A stretch of 63,957 nt of DNA, filler included, from Planctomycetota bacterium (GTDB lineage: Bacteria > Planctomycetota > Planctomycetia > JALXBF01): the NCBI GenBank assembly GCA_026991575.1. It is 7 parts of 7 records of this genome, joined end to end, with 100 filler letters (N's around TTAATTAATTAA, not from the genome) between each part and the next. Parts side by side here need not be neighbours in the genome. Positions count along the whole stretch, not along the records: positions 22,782 to 44,887 come from JALXBF010000056.1; 6 more parts are not named here. One strand, 5' to 3'. The position numbers and the translations under genes are program-made. Shown one piece after another: positions 31,963-41,217 of the stretch; position 1 is the stretch's first letter; the number at the start of each line of letters is the position of its first letter. Below the pieces are notes generated by a model. The model was not told where the DNA came from and made no database searches. It saw only the letters and a program-made list of their open reading frames with translations.

Positions 31963-32972
31963 AGCCGCACAGCCTGACCGATCTCGGAAGAGCGCACGGC
32001 CGCTTCGATCAGGGCAACGACGTCGCGCGATTCTTCCGGGGTGATCCAATCGGGCGGCTGACCTGAACGGATCCGTCCGGCGAAATAGCGGAGCTCCTGT
32101 TGCAGGGCGCCAAAACGGCCACCGAACATCTTAGGCCAGTAAATCGTGTCCGGCAGACGTACGCCGTCAGCGTCGTGGATCTCAACTCCCGCCTCGCCTG
32201 TGTTGATGTACACCGCTCCCTCCGTTCCGATCACTTCCATGCGGGCATCGATCTGGTACGGCGTCGTTTCCGGCAGGCACCAGACCGATTCTACGACACC
32301 CACTGCGCCGTTATCGAGCCGGAACATGGCCCAGCCAATGTCCGGATAGCGATGCCGGCCTACCTGCACCTGCTCAGCATAGACCTGTTGCGGGCGCGCG
32401 CCGGTGAACCACAGCATCAGATCCGCGTCGTGAATACCATCGCCCAAGAGCGCAGAAATCTTGTCCAGCACCATCCGACCAATCCGTTTGCTCAGATTGC
32501 GCCGGGCGTGCATGGACACGATTCGGCCCAGCCGCCCTTCGTCGATTGCTCGCTTGGCCAGTACCACGCGGGGGTCAAACCGGCAGATGTGGCCGACCAT
32601 AAGGTAGCCCGAGGCGGCCCGGGCGGCTTCAAGGATGCGATCGCACTCGGCAGTGGTGGCCGCCATTGGCTTTTCCAACAGCACGTGCTTGCCGGCAGCC
32701 AGCGCATCGATGGCAATCTGCGCGTGATCGTGTACATGCGTCGTGATGCTGACGGCCTCAACCAACGGGTCATCCAGAAGTTGGCGGTAATCGGTGTAGC
32801 GGCGCGCGACGCCGAACTGATCGGCCAACTTGTTAAGCCGCTCCGGCCGACGGGTGCACAGGGCGATCAGATCGATATCGGGCATGCCGGCAATCGTCTC
32901 TGCATGCACCTCTCCGAAGAACCCCAAGCCGATGATCCCCCAACGTAACGGTTCGATGCTCCTGGTGGTCAT
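31959..32972 (-). CDS. Gfo/Idh/MocA family oxidoreductase
   Basis: IIGLGFFG, HVLLEKP and GIHDAD motifs; GGAGG RBS before ATG 32972. Confidence 0.9.
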   Translation of the reverse strand: MTTRSIEPLRWGIIGLGFFGEVHAETIAGMPDIDLIALCTRRPERLNKLADQFGVARRYTDYRQLLDDPLVEAVSITTHVHDHAQIAIDALAAGKHVLLEKPMAATTAECDRILEAARAASGYLMVGHICRFDPRVVLAKRAIDEGRLGRIVSMHARRNLSKRIGRMVLDKISALLGDGIHDADLMLWFTGARPQQVYAEQVQVGRHRYPDIGWAMFRLDNGAVGVVESVWCLPETTPYQIDARMEVIGTEGAVYINTGEAGVEIHDADGVRLPDTIYWPKMFGGRFGALQQELRYFAGRIRSGQPPDWITPEESRDVVALIEAAVRSSEIGQAVRL

Positions 32973-33155
32973 GGCCCTGTCCTCCGGTTGGCCCCCGATT
33001 GCCACGGGCCCTTGGCTACTAGCATAGCGAATAGCTTCGTTGACGGGGCCAATGACAAGCGGACCTTGGGGCGAGCTCGCCTGTGAGCGTGCCGGCACCA
33101 TCGGGATGGGCAAGCGGGCGGCTGTGTCCTGGACCGAGCGGCGACGATGTGCTGG

Positions 33156-34394
33156 CTAACGCGCAGGTACCACCGGTTGTACCCAGGCCTTCTCCCGATC
33201 GTGCGGATGGATTGGATAGTCCGGCGGCTGATTGGATGTGATCCGCGCACGCACGTACAACTCGTTGCCCCGGAAGCGGTACGTTGCTTTCACGCCGGCG
33301 ACACGCTTGAGGACCTCCGCCTGCGGCCGCTGCGTCGAATCGGTTGGTTTCACTGCTCCGATGAACTCGATCACGTACCTCGCATTCGCTTCGGGCTGCA
33401 CCTCAACAACGATCGCTTCGTCGGAATGATCGACGCGCGCCAACGTTACTCCCGTGGAAGCATAGAAGTCTCCCGTCTTGATGGCCCGGACAATGGCCCA
33501 CGGGGTCAAGTAGGCAGCTCGCACCATGATCCACCCTCGACCCGGAATCGGACGCTGCCGGTCGGCGTTCTGGTACCAGTGAGCGTCGTCGGTGGCCAAC
33601 CCGTAGAGCACTGCCTGTGGGTCCTCCAGCAGCCGGCCGATCAGGGCCTCATCCCACATCTGTTCCGTACTGATATGCTGTTCGTCTCCTTCGTTGTGGA
33701 CGCCCGGGTGCCCGTTGAACACTTCAAAGAACCGTTCCTCCGTTACCTCAATCAGATCTTCCGTCCGCACCGCCCAGCCGTAGTTCGGATGGTTCAGATG
33801 AACCAGGATCGGCCGCCGCAGCAGTCGTGCCTGGTGCCGAACAGCCCGCACGTTGTTGCGAATCGCCTCGGCAACCGTCTGACCCCCCTGAGGTAGGACA
33901 AGGTCCTTAAGGTTGGTTGCATTCAAGTGAACTGGCCTTCCGCCACAACGGTCGGTAATCTCCTCACCCGCGATAAGCAGGAACCGATCTGGTTCTTCGA
34001 ACCGTGTGCGCAATTCCGCCAGCGTCTTCAACCGGACCTGAAGCCGACCATTCTTCCGCCGGGTCTCCACCCACTCTGGCCCGAACTCGTCGCGATACAC
34101 GGTCAGCGCCCACTGCTGCCAGCCGTCCGATGGCACCGTCACCCACCGCTCTCCCTCCTGAAGCACGTTGTGGTCCGACAATGCCAGGAAGTGATACCCG
34201 TGCCGCTTGTACCAGGAAACGACCGTCTCCGGGAACGCTCGCCCATCGCTCCAGAGCGAGTGCGTGTGAAGGTTGCCTTTCCACCAGCGATCGGGGGGCG
34301 GATGCGGGGCTGGCAAAGGCACGAGCCCGCTGGCTGCCGCGATTGCCGCGGTGCTCGTCAACAAGGCAACCGCTTTCACGAGGCGCTCACGCAC
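33156..34394 (-). CDS. Secreted PHP-domain (CehA/McbA-like) phosphoesterase
   Basis: KGNLHTHSLWSDG, LSDHN, GEEIT, NHPN, EVFNGH, ATDDAH and AWVQP motifs. Confidence 0.85.
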   Translation of the reverse strand: MRERLVKAVALLTSTAAIAAASGLVPLPAPHPPPDRWWKGNLHTHSLWSDGRAFPETVVSWYKRHGYHFLALSDHNVLQEGERWVTVPSDGWQQWALTVYRDEFGPEWVETRRKNGRLQVRLKTLAELRTRFEEPDRFLLIAGEEITDRCGGRPVHLNATNLKDLVLPQGGQTVAEAIRNNVRAVRHQARLLRRPILVHLNHPNYGWAVRTEDLIEVTEERFFEVFNGHPGVHNEGDEQHISTEQMWDEALIGRLLEDPQAVLYGLATDDAHWYQNADRQRPIPGRGWIMVRAAYLTPWAIVRAIKTGDFYASTGVTLARVDHSDEAIVVEVQPEANARYVIEFIGAVKPTDSTQRPQAEVLKRVAGVKATYRFRGNELYVRARITSNQPPDYPIHPHDREKAWVQPVVPAR

Positions 34395-34580
34395 GGGAGG
34401 TTCTCCAGCCTGGAGTGGTCGGGTGGAGCCAGGCCACAGCTGGTAAACTGAAACCGGCTCGCGGTAGCTGCCTCAATCTTAGCGCGCGCCACGGGCCGAG
34501 GGGCCAGGACGGAGACGGGGCGAGCCGTGGCCTGGGACAGAGGCGGCGCAGGGGGAACTGCCACCGGGGGGAGCATAACG

Positions 34581-35471
34581 ATGGCCGACGCCGTGGCTTC
34601 GGTCGCTCAGCGGCTGCGTGAAGCGCGCAAGCGCTATAGCGAGCAGAAACACGCGTTCGCACCGATACGAGCGCGGTTCCTCGAGCTTACGGCAGAGCAG
34701 GATCGGTTGCGTCGACAGGTTCGGCGGCTCCATCGTCGAGCCCGATTGTACCGGACATTGACAAGATGGATCTTTCCGAACGGCTGGGTGACCATCGGTT
34801 CTGCGGCGGCTGCCGGGGCCGCCGTGCACGTGGCTTTGGGTCGCGGTTTCGAATGGCCCGCCGCCGTACTGGTCAGCATGGTCGCGGGGGCGGCAAGCGC
34901 GGCGGCTATTGGCTGGTGGTTCTCCCGGGCGCAGCACGCCTCTGAGGAGCTCCGCGACACGGAACGGCAGCTAGAGGTCGTGAGGACTGCCCTGCAAGGC
35001 CTCACGCCGCTTTATCAGCAGCGCCAACAAGCCGTCCGTGAGGCCGAGGCGGCAGTCCGGGACCTGGAGGCGGCCCTGGGCCGGGAGGTGGCCGAGCTGC
35101 TGGCAACGCCCTGGCAGCAGCTCGCAGGACGTTCTTTCGAACGGTTTCTGCAACGTGCCTTTCAGGTCCACGGCTACCGGGCTGAGCTCACGACCGCCGC
35201 ACGCGACCAGGGGGTGGACCTGATCGTGTGGACTCCCGATGGCCGCAAGATTGCCGTCGAGGCGAAAGGCTATCCGGCAGGCGGATCGGTGGGAAACGAC
35301 GTGGTGCTGAAAGTGGTGGGAGGGGCCCAGTACTACAACTGCGCGGGCGCGGTGGTCATCACCAACAGCCGCTTCACGGCCGACGCCCGACAGGCCGCGC
35401 AGCGGACTGGCTGCGTGTTGATCGATAGAGAGTCCATGGAGAGCTTTCTACAGGGAGCCATACGCCTGTGA
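34581..35471 (+). CDS. Membrane-anchored Mrr-family (type IV-like) restriction endonuclease
   Basis: Coiled coil plus two TM helices, then FERFL...DQGVDL...VEAKGY...VVITNSRFT. Confidence 0.8.
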   Translation: MADAVASVAQRLREARKRYSEQKHAFAPIRARFLELTAEQDRLRRQVRRLHRRARLYRTLTRWIFPNGWVTIGSAAAAGAAVHVALGRGFEWPAAVLVSMVAGAASAAAIGWWFSRAQHASEELRDTERQLEVVRTALQGLTPLYQQRQQAVREAEAAVRDLEAALGREVAELLATPWQQLAGRSFERFLQRAFQVHGYRAELTTAARDQGVDLIVWTPDGRKIAVEAKGYPAGGSVGNDVVLKVVGGAQYYNCAGAVVITNSRFTADARQAAQRTGCVLIDRESMESFLQGAIRL

Positions 35472-36976
35472 TGCAGCGGTCCAAGAGACTGTTCCTGTTG
35501 CTGGCCATACCAGCGGTCTATTTCGTCGGTGCCACGCTTCGGGCTGAGAACCGCCCGGTCGCGCCTCCTCGCCTGCGGGTCGCATCCTCTGGCCGTCATC
35601 TGGAGACCGACGGCGGCGAACCGTTTTTCTGGATGGGCGATACCGCGTGGCGCATGGTGCTGAAGTTCGCGCGCACGGACCGGCCAGACCAACCCAGCGT
35701 GCTGCGCTATCTGGATGCCCGAGCGGCTCTGGGATTCAACGTCGTCCAGACGGTGATCGCCGGACACGGCGGCGAGGTCAACATCAGGGGCCATCGTGCG
35801 TTCCAGAACGGCGATTGGTCGCGGCCGATCGTTGTGCCCGGCGAAGGGAATGACTACTGGGATGACCTCGATTGGCTGGTTCGGGCAGCTGCCGCCCGCG
35901 GTCTCTACCTTGCCCTGTTGCCCTATTGGCTCAACAGCCTTCCCTATCCGAGCGCGCCGGACAACGATCCTTCGATTGCGTATCGATACGGGCATTTCCT
36001 GGGTAGTCGATTCGGCCGATACGGCAATGTGATCTGGATCCTTGGTGGGGACGCGTACCGCCCGCGCCGGAACGTCGAGAACCCCGACCGACTGGCACTA
36101 ACGCGCGCCCTGGCAGAGGGCATCGCGGACGGTACAAACGGTGTCGATCACTTCGACGGTCTGGCCGACTGGAGCACGACGCTGATGTCGTTCCACCCAC
36201 CCGGTGGCAACCGGTCCTCCTCAGAGTGGCTCCACCGGGAAAGATGGCTGGATTTCAACATGATCCAGACTACGACAAGGTTCCGTTTTGAGAACTACCG
36301 TACCGTGACACGTGACTACCGCCTGCGGCCTCCGAAGCCGACGCTGGATGGAGAGGTGGCGTACGAGGGGTCCTTGTCGCTGCGGCGCAACGAGCCGCGT
36401 GATCGCAGGATCTCGCCGTGGGAAGTGCGGCGGGCAGCCTACTGGGCCGTGCTTGCCGGTGCCTGCGGACATACCTACGGTCACCGTAGCTTTATCGAGT
36501 GGATCCGAGCCGGCGAACGAGGACGTCACGGGGCCCACCTGCCGTGGTTCGAGGCCATCGACGCACCAGGGGCGAAACAGGTCGTGCTGGTGCGTCGGCT
36601 TGTTGAGTCGCTGCCCGGCTACGATCGTGAGCCGGCTCAGGAGCTGCTTCTGGTGGACGAGGGCCGGGGCACGGATCATGTTCAGGTTGCTCGGGATCGC
36701 AGGGGGCGGTTCGTCGTCGCGTACATGGCCACCGGCCGAACCATCGCGATCGACCTGGCCGGCGCGCACCTTGTTGACGAGCTCGTGTGGGCCTGGTGGG
36801 TAGATCCGCGGAGCGGATCCCTGAGTGGACCGACCGGGTTGACGGCACGCGGCCAGGTGCGTCTCGAGCCTCCGTCGACAGGCGAAGGGCAGGACTGGCT
36901 CATCGTAATCCACGCAGACCGCGCATGGGCTGACCGCTGGCGACGGTGGCGGCCCGGGGCACGTCAGGGCCGCTAG
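35468..36976 (+). CDS. DUF4038/GH140 (apiosidase-like) glycoside hydrolase with C-terminal collagen-binding-like domain
   Basis: PFFWMGDTAW, GFNVVQ, WILGGD, WLDFNMIQ, KPTLDGEVAYE, GHTYG and WWVDPRSG motifs. Confidence 0.85.
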   Translation: MMQRSKRLFLLLAIPAVYFVGATLRAENRPVAPPRLRVASSGRHLETDGGEPFFWMGDTAWRMVLKFARTDRPDQPSVLRYLDARAALGFNVVQTVIAGHGGEVNIRGHRAFQNGDWSRPIVVPGEGNDYWDDLDWLVRAAAARGLYLALLPYWLNSLPYPSAPDNDPSIAYRYGHFLGSRFGRYGNVIWILGGDAYRPRRNVENPDRLALTRALAEGIADGTNGVDHFDGLADWSTTLMSFHPPGGNRSSSEWLHRERWLDFNMIQTTTRFRFENYRTVTRDYRLRPPKPTLDGEVAYEGSLSLRRNEPRDRRISPWEVRRAAYWAVLAGACGHTYGHRSFIEWIRAGERGRHGAHLPWFEAIDAPGAKQVVLVRRLVESLPGYDREPAQELLLVDEGRGTDHVQVARDRRGRFVVAYMATGRTIAIDLAGAHLVDELVWAWWVDPRSGSLSGPTGLTARGQVRLEPPSTGEGQDWLIVIHADRAWADRWRRWRPGARQGR

Positions 36977-37070
36977 CACCGGCTTGGACGCTCACGGTGG
37001 GTTGGCGGGGACACGGCCGGTCGGCGGCGGTAAACTGACAGTAGCAGGGCCGGATCCCGGAGTAGAGACG

Positions 37071-38561
37071 ATGAGTCGCAGGCGGATCGGTTGCGTAGGG
37101 TACGAGAATCCGACGCTTTGGACTCGGCGCGAATGGCTGGCCCGGGCAGGCGGCGGGTTGGGCATCATCGCGCTGGCTCACCTGCTGCGCTGCGAGGGGC
37201 TGCTGGCCCAGGGGGCCGAGCTCGATCGCAGCGTGAACCCCATGGCACCCCGCCCACCTCACTTCCGCGCTCGTGCGACCCGCGTCATCTGGATCTTCAT
37301 CAATGGCGGGCCCAGTCACGTGGACACGTGGGACTACAAGCCGGCTTTGGAGAAGTGGGATGGCAAGAGCATCAAGCTCTTCGATCCCTCCTTCAAGGAT
37401 ACCACGGGGTTTTTCCGCAACCAGGTCGGCGGTTTGATGAAGAGCCCTTTCAAGTTCCGGCCCCGCGGGCAGTGCGGCAAGATGGTTTCGGAGATCTTTC
37501 CGTATCTGGGCGAACACGTCGACAAGATGGCGTTTATCCACTCCGGCTATACCGAGTCGAACAACCACTCGCCGGCCCTGTTCATGATGAACACCGGCTT
37601 CACCCGCATGGGCTTCCCCTGTGTCGGTTCCTGGGTGGTCTACGGCCTTGGAACTGAGAGCCAGAGTCTGCCAGCGTTCATCGTGATGAGCGATCCGAAG
37701 GGCAGGGGGTTGCCAAAAGGCCACGCGGCCAACTGGAGTGCCGGCTTCCTGCCAGGCATCTACCAGGGCACGCACCTGAAACCAAAAGGGGACCCAATCG
37801 ACAACTTGCGTTTGGGACGGGGCTTGACGCTAGCCGGCCAGCGTCGTCAGCTCGATCTCCTGAAAGAGCTCAACGAGAGCTTTGCCCGGCGGTACGAAGC
37901 TGAGTCCGACCTGACGGCGCGGGTCGAAAGCTTCGAGCTTGCGTTCCGTATGCAGATGGCCGCACCGGAGGCGCTGGACCTGAGTCAAGAGCCTGCCTAC
38001 ATCCATCGGCTCTACGGCATGGATAACCCGAAGTGTGCCCACTTCGCACGCCAGTGCCTTATCGCGCGGCGACTCGTGGAGCGTGGCGTGCGGTTCGTGC
38101 AGATCTACTCCGGCGGCATGGAGAACCAACGCTCCTGGGACGGTCACCAGGACATCAAAGGCAACCATGCCCAGTTCGCCGGTGAAACGGACCAGCCGGT
38201 TGCCGGGCTGCTGGCCGACTTGGCCCAACGTGGGCTGCTGGACGAGACGCTGGTGATCTGGGGCGGTGAATTCGGGCGACTACCCGTTGCGCAGACCGGC
38301 AAGAAACCCGGCCGCGACCACAACCCGCACTGCTTTACGTTTTGGTTGGCCGGGGGGGGAGTCAAGGGAGGTGTTAGCTACGGCGAGTCGGATGAGGTGG
38401 GTTTCAAGGCGGCGGTCAACCGCGTCAGCGTGCACGACCTACACGCCACGATCCTCTACCTGCTTGGCCTGGACCATGAGCGGCTAACTTACCGGTACCA
38501 GGGGCGCGACTTCCGGCTAACGGATGTGGCCGGCCGGGTCATCCATGAGATCATCGCGTGA
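37071..38561 (+). CDS. DUF1501 domain-containing protein
   Basis: TRREWL, GGPSHVDTWDYKP, ARRLVERGVRFVQ, WDGH, GEFGR and GRDHNP motifs. Confidence 0.92.
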   Translation: MSRRRIGCVGYENPTLWTRREWLARAGGGLGIIALAHLLRCEGLLAQGAELDRSVNPMAPRPPHFRARATRVIWIFINGGPSHVDTWDYKPALEKWDGKSIKLFDPSFKDTTGFFRNQVGGLMKSPFKFRPRGQCGKMVSEIFPYLGEHVDKMAFIHSGYTESNNHSPALFMMNTGFTRMGFPCVGSWVVYGLGTESQSLPAFIVMSDPKGRGLPKGHAANWSAGFLPGIYQGTHLKPKGDPIDNLRLGRGLTLAGQRRQLDLLKELNESFARRYEAESDLTARVESFELAFRMQMAAPEALDLSQEPAYIHRLYGMDNPKCAHFARQCLIARRLVERGVRFVQIYSGGMENQRSWDGHQDIKGNHAQFAGETDQPVAGLLADLAQRGLLDETLVIWGGEFGRLPVAQTGKKPGRDHNPHCFTFWLAGGGVKGGVSYGESDEVGFKAAVNRVSVHDLHATILYLLGLDHERLTYRYQGRDFRLTDVAGRVIHEIIA

Positions 38562-38576
38562 ACGGCGCGAGTGCCT

Positions 38577-39131
38577 TCAGCGGAGCGGTGGGTGGCCATG
38601 TCGGGCGCGGATCGCGTTGGCCGCCTGCCATAGACTGGTGTGACGCTTCAAGAAAGCGACAAGCCGCGCTGTGTTGCAGCCCAGGAGTCCCGCAGCTTCG
38701 GCAACTCTCCCCTCGGCCACGTCCAGCGCATCGAGTGCCAGGCCGGCCATCAGGGGATAGAGCGGGTTACCTTCGCGGATCCGGATCGGGCCGCTGGCCT
38801 GCAGGAGTCGCCGCACCTCGGGCAGGCGGATTCGCAGAGCGAGCGTGCTCCGGTCGCGGACCGTCAGGGCTAAACGCTCGCGAAGGCGACGCAGTGCCGT
38901 CTTGCGATTATCCAGCTGCGACCTGCTTTCCGCGGCAACGACGGTCACTCCGGTGGCTCTGTGGACGATGCGCACCGCCGATCGAGTACGATTCCTCTTC
39001 TGACCGCCCGGTCCGCTGGCCTGGTACGGCTGCACGTCGCAGTCGGCAAGCAATGCTTCGTCAGGCAGGAGGTAAGGCAAGGCGAGCGGCGGTTCCGGAT
39101 CCGTGCCCGACTTGCTCTGGTGTGCGGACAC
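38577..39131 (-). CDS. Peptide chain release factor-like protein (GGQ domain only, ArfB/PrfH-like)
   Basis: ASGPGGQKRNRTRSAVRIVH...ESRSQLDNR; start uncertain (GTG 39131 after GAGGAG, or ATG 39167). Confidence 0.8.
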   Translation of the reverse strand: MSAHQSKSGTDPEPPLALPYLLPDEALLADCDVQPYQASGPGGQKRNRTRSAVRIVHRATGVTVVAAESRSQLDNRKTALRRLRERLALTVRDRSTLALRIRLPEVRRLLQASGPIRIREGNPLYPLMAGLALDALDVAEGRVAEAAGLLGCNTARLVAFLKRHTSLWQAANAIRARHGHPPLR

Positions 39132-39622
39132 TCGGAACGATTTCTCCTCAAGCTTAACCCTTCGCATGCATCGCCCGTCGGCATCGATCGATACCGTCAG
39201 CTTACTGACCAAGCCGCGAACACACAACCGCGCCGTACGCTGCGAGTGTCATTCAACGGTCGCGGACCCGACCGCCTGGTGGGGCACGTTCCGCACCAGC
39301 TCGATCGGATCCAATCGCGCACACCGGACAGATAACCTGATCGGTTGTCCCGCGCGAAGCGGTCTGGACCGAAGGCCCCGTGCAGGTCGGCAGTCACGGG
39401 GCCAAGTGAGCGCTGCGGCAAAGATTGAGCGGAAGCGTTGGTTGCACTGTCGGAAGGCGGTCACCGTGGCTGGCTGCAACGCCTCCGACAGCCCAACGAG
39501 GGAAGGCGGATACGCGCGGGAACGCGGCTACCCGGCAGGCGCGCGTCCGACGATGGTACGCTGCCGCAGTCCGTGCCAGGGCCGAATCGCCCCAGCAGAG
39601 CGCGGGGGGCGATCAGGTCCTA

Positions 39623-41080
39623 TTAGGGGGCCGGGACCGCGCGAAGCAGCTCCACGAGCGTTTCCGTCACGATACGGGCTACCTGCACGCCACAGGAGTT
39701 GATTTCGCCGTACGTCTCACTGGGCTGGTTGTTCAGCCACGGGGCACGGTTGTCCCATTCACAACGAGGGATGATGTAGCCCAGTTCGTCGTTGCCCAGG
39801 CCGATGATGACCTTGTACTTGCGCGTCATGTGTTCCCGGATCACCGGCTCGAACGGAGCGTCCGGATAGTCTGCTCCGGGGTAGCGCACGTAGCCGCCAT
39901 TGGCCAACTCCGGGTACAGCTCCCCAGGAACCGTTACCATCTGAACCGGGCCAAAGGTAACGACGTTCAGCTCGGTGCGCAGCGCCTGGCCCAGCGCGAC
40001 GGGTAACTTCACCCCGCCCAATTCCGGCAACTTCCGCACTTCGCGTCTTCGGTCCGGTTTGCCGTTCGTATACAGCGGTCGGTCGATGATACCGGCCGCA
40101 GCCAGAGCGCGAAACCGGATGTTCTCCAGCGGAATGTAGGTCTGTTTGACACGCAGGTCGATCCGGCTGGTGTCCGCAATCGGCTCGGCATTCTGGAGGG
40201 CATCCTGGGCGTACTTAGCGACCCATAGTCCGATTGCCTCGGCCTGCTCGAAACTACGCGGCCGTGTGATCTGGCCGGTCTTCGGATGTCGCACCGGGAC
40301 ATGGATGTCCAGCGGGCCCAACAAACCACCGATCGCGCCGTTGGCGTATACGGCCACCCCGCCGTAACGCTCCTCGAGCTCACTACACAGAGCGCCACAG
40401 TAGTCCGCGGTGATCAGTCGGTTCTTACCACCGAGTGTCTCGGGATGGTCCGACCACTGGACGAAGGTGAAGATCGTCTTGTCCGTTTCCTTTTCGGTGG
40501 CTTGCATCACGAACAGCTGGGGATCCTTGACGAACGGGATCCGGCCATCACCCTGCAGATCCGCCAGGTGCCGGTTGGTGATGGCGGCGACCCGCAGTCG
40601 TGCCGGTCGCAGTTGGCGGACCGATTCGACGACTGCGTCGGCGATCTGCTGTCGCAACCACTGTTGGTACTGGGGGTTGATCCCCGAGATCAGCGGAGCA
40701 GGTCCCCAGAGGCCCATCGTGTCCGGGCTGTTGTGGTTGTGTGTACTGGCCACGATCACGTGAACGCCCGGGGTTCTTGCCGCCACCAGCTGTCTGATGC
40801 GAACGATGTCCGGCTCGTAGAACAGCCCGATGACGTCGGCAACTACCAGGGCGATCGTTCGCTGGCCATCACTGATTGCGAACGCCCGTGCCCAGATCGG
40901 ATCGTGGATGCCGGTAGCGGTCCGATTGTTCCCGAAGCCGGCGACGTAGACCACCTTGCCCGGCTCGATGTTGGGCGTAATATCTCGTTTCGCAGCCCCG
41001 GCGCGCCAGTCGGCGTGAGCCGCGGTAGGGAGCGATGTCAGCAAAACGGCGAACGTGAACAGGACGACGCGTCGGATCAT
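39623..41080 (-). CDS. Secreted neutral/alkaline ceramidase-like protein
   Basis: AGAAKRDITP, HDPIWARA, STHNHNSPD, HPE, PGELYPE and GLGNDELGY motifs; GAGGAG RBS. Confidence 0.8.
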   Translation of the reverse strand: MIRRVVLFTFAVLLTSLPTAAHADWRAGAAKRDITPNIEPGKVVYVAGFGNNRTATGIHDPIWARAFAISDGQRTIALVVADVIGLFYEPDIVRIRQLVAARTPGVHVIVASTHNHNSPDTMGLWGPAPLISGINPQYQQWLRQQIADAVVESVRQLRPARLRVAAITNRHLADLQGDGRIPFVKDPQLFVMQATEKETDKTIFTFVQWSDHPETLGGKNRLITADYCGALCSELEERYGGVAVYANGAIGGLLGPLDIHVPVRHPKTGQITRPRSFEQAEAIGLWVAKYAQDALQNAEPIADTSRIDLRVKQTYIPLENIRFRALAAAGIIDRPLYTNGKPDRRREVRKLPELGGVKLPVALGQALRTELNVVTFGPVQMVTVPGELYPELANGGYVRYPGADYPDAPFEPVIREHMTRKYKVIIGLGNDELGYIIPRCEWDNRAPWLNNQPSETYGEINSCGVQVARIVTETLVELLRAVPAP

Positions 41081-41217
41081 GGCGGGACTCCTCGCGGTGT
41101 TGTAGTCAGCCTGGGGTGCCGGGATTGATTCTACGGCACCGGCCACGTGCGGTGGCTAGAATGCCATGGGAACTGCCGTATCCATCTCACTCGCCGGTCC
41201 CGAAGGGGAGCGCTCCA

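Noticed and set aside
39260..39620. tmRNA, RNase P, SRP or cobalamin riboswitch
   Set aside because: Lacks the tRNA-like ends, GAGGAAAGUCC, the SRP GGAA/AGCAG loop and a complete B12 box; kept only as an unclassified structured region
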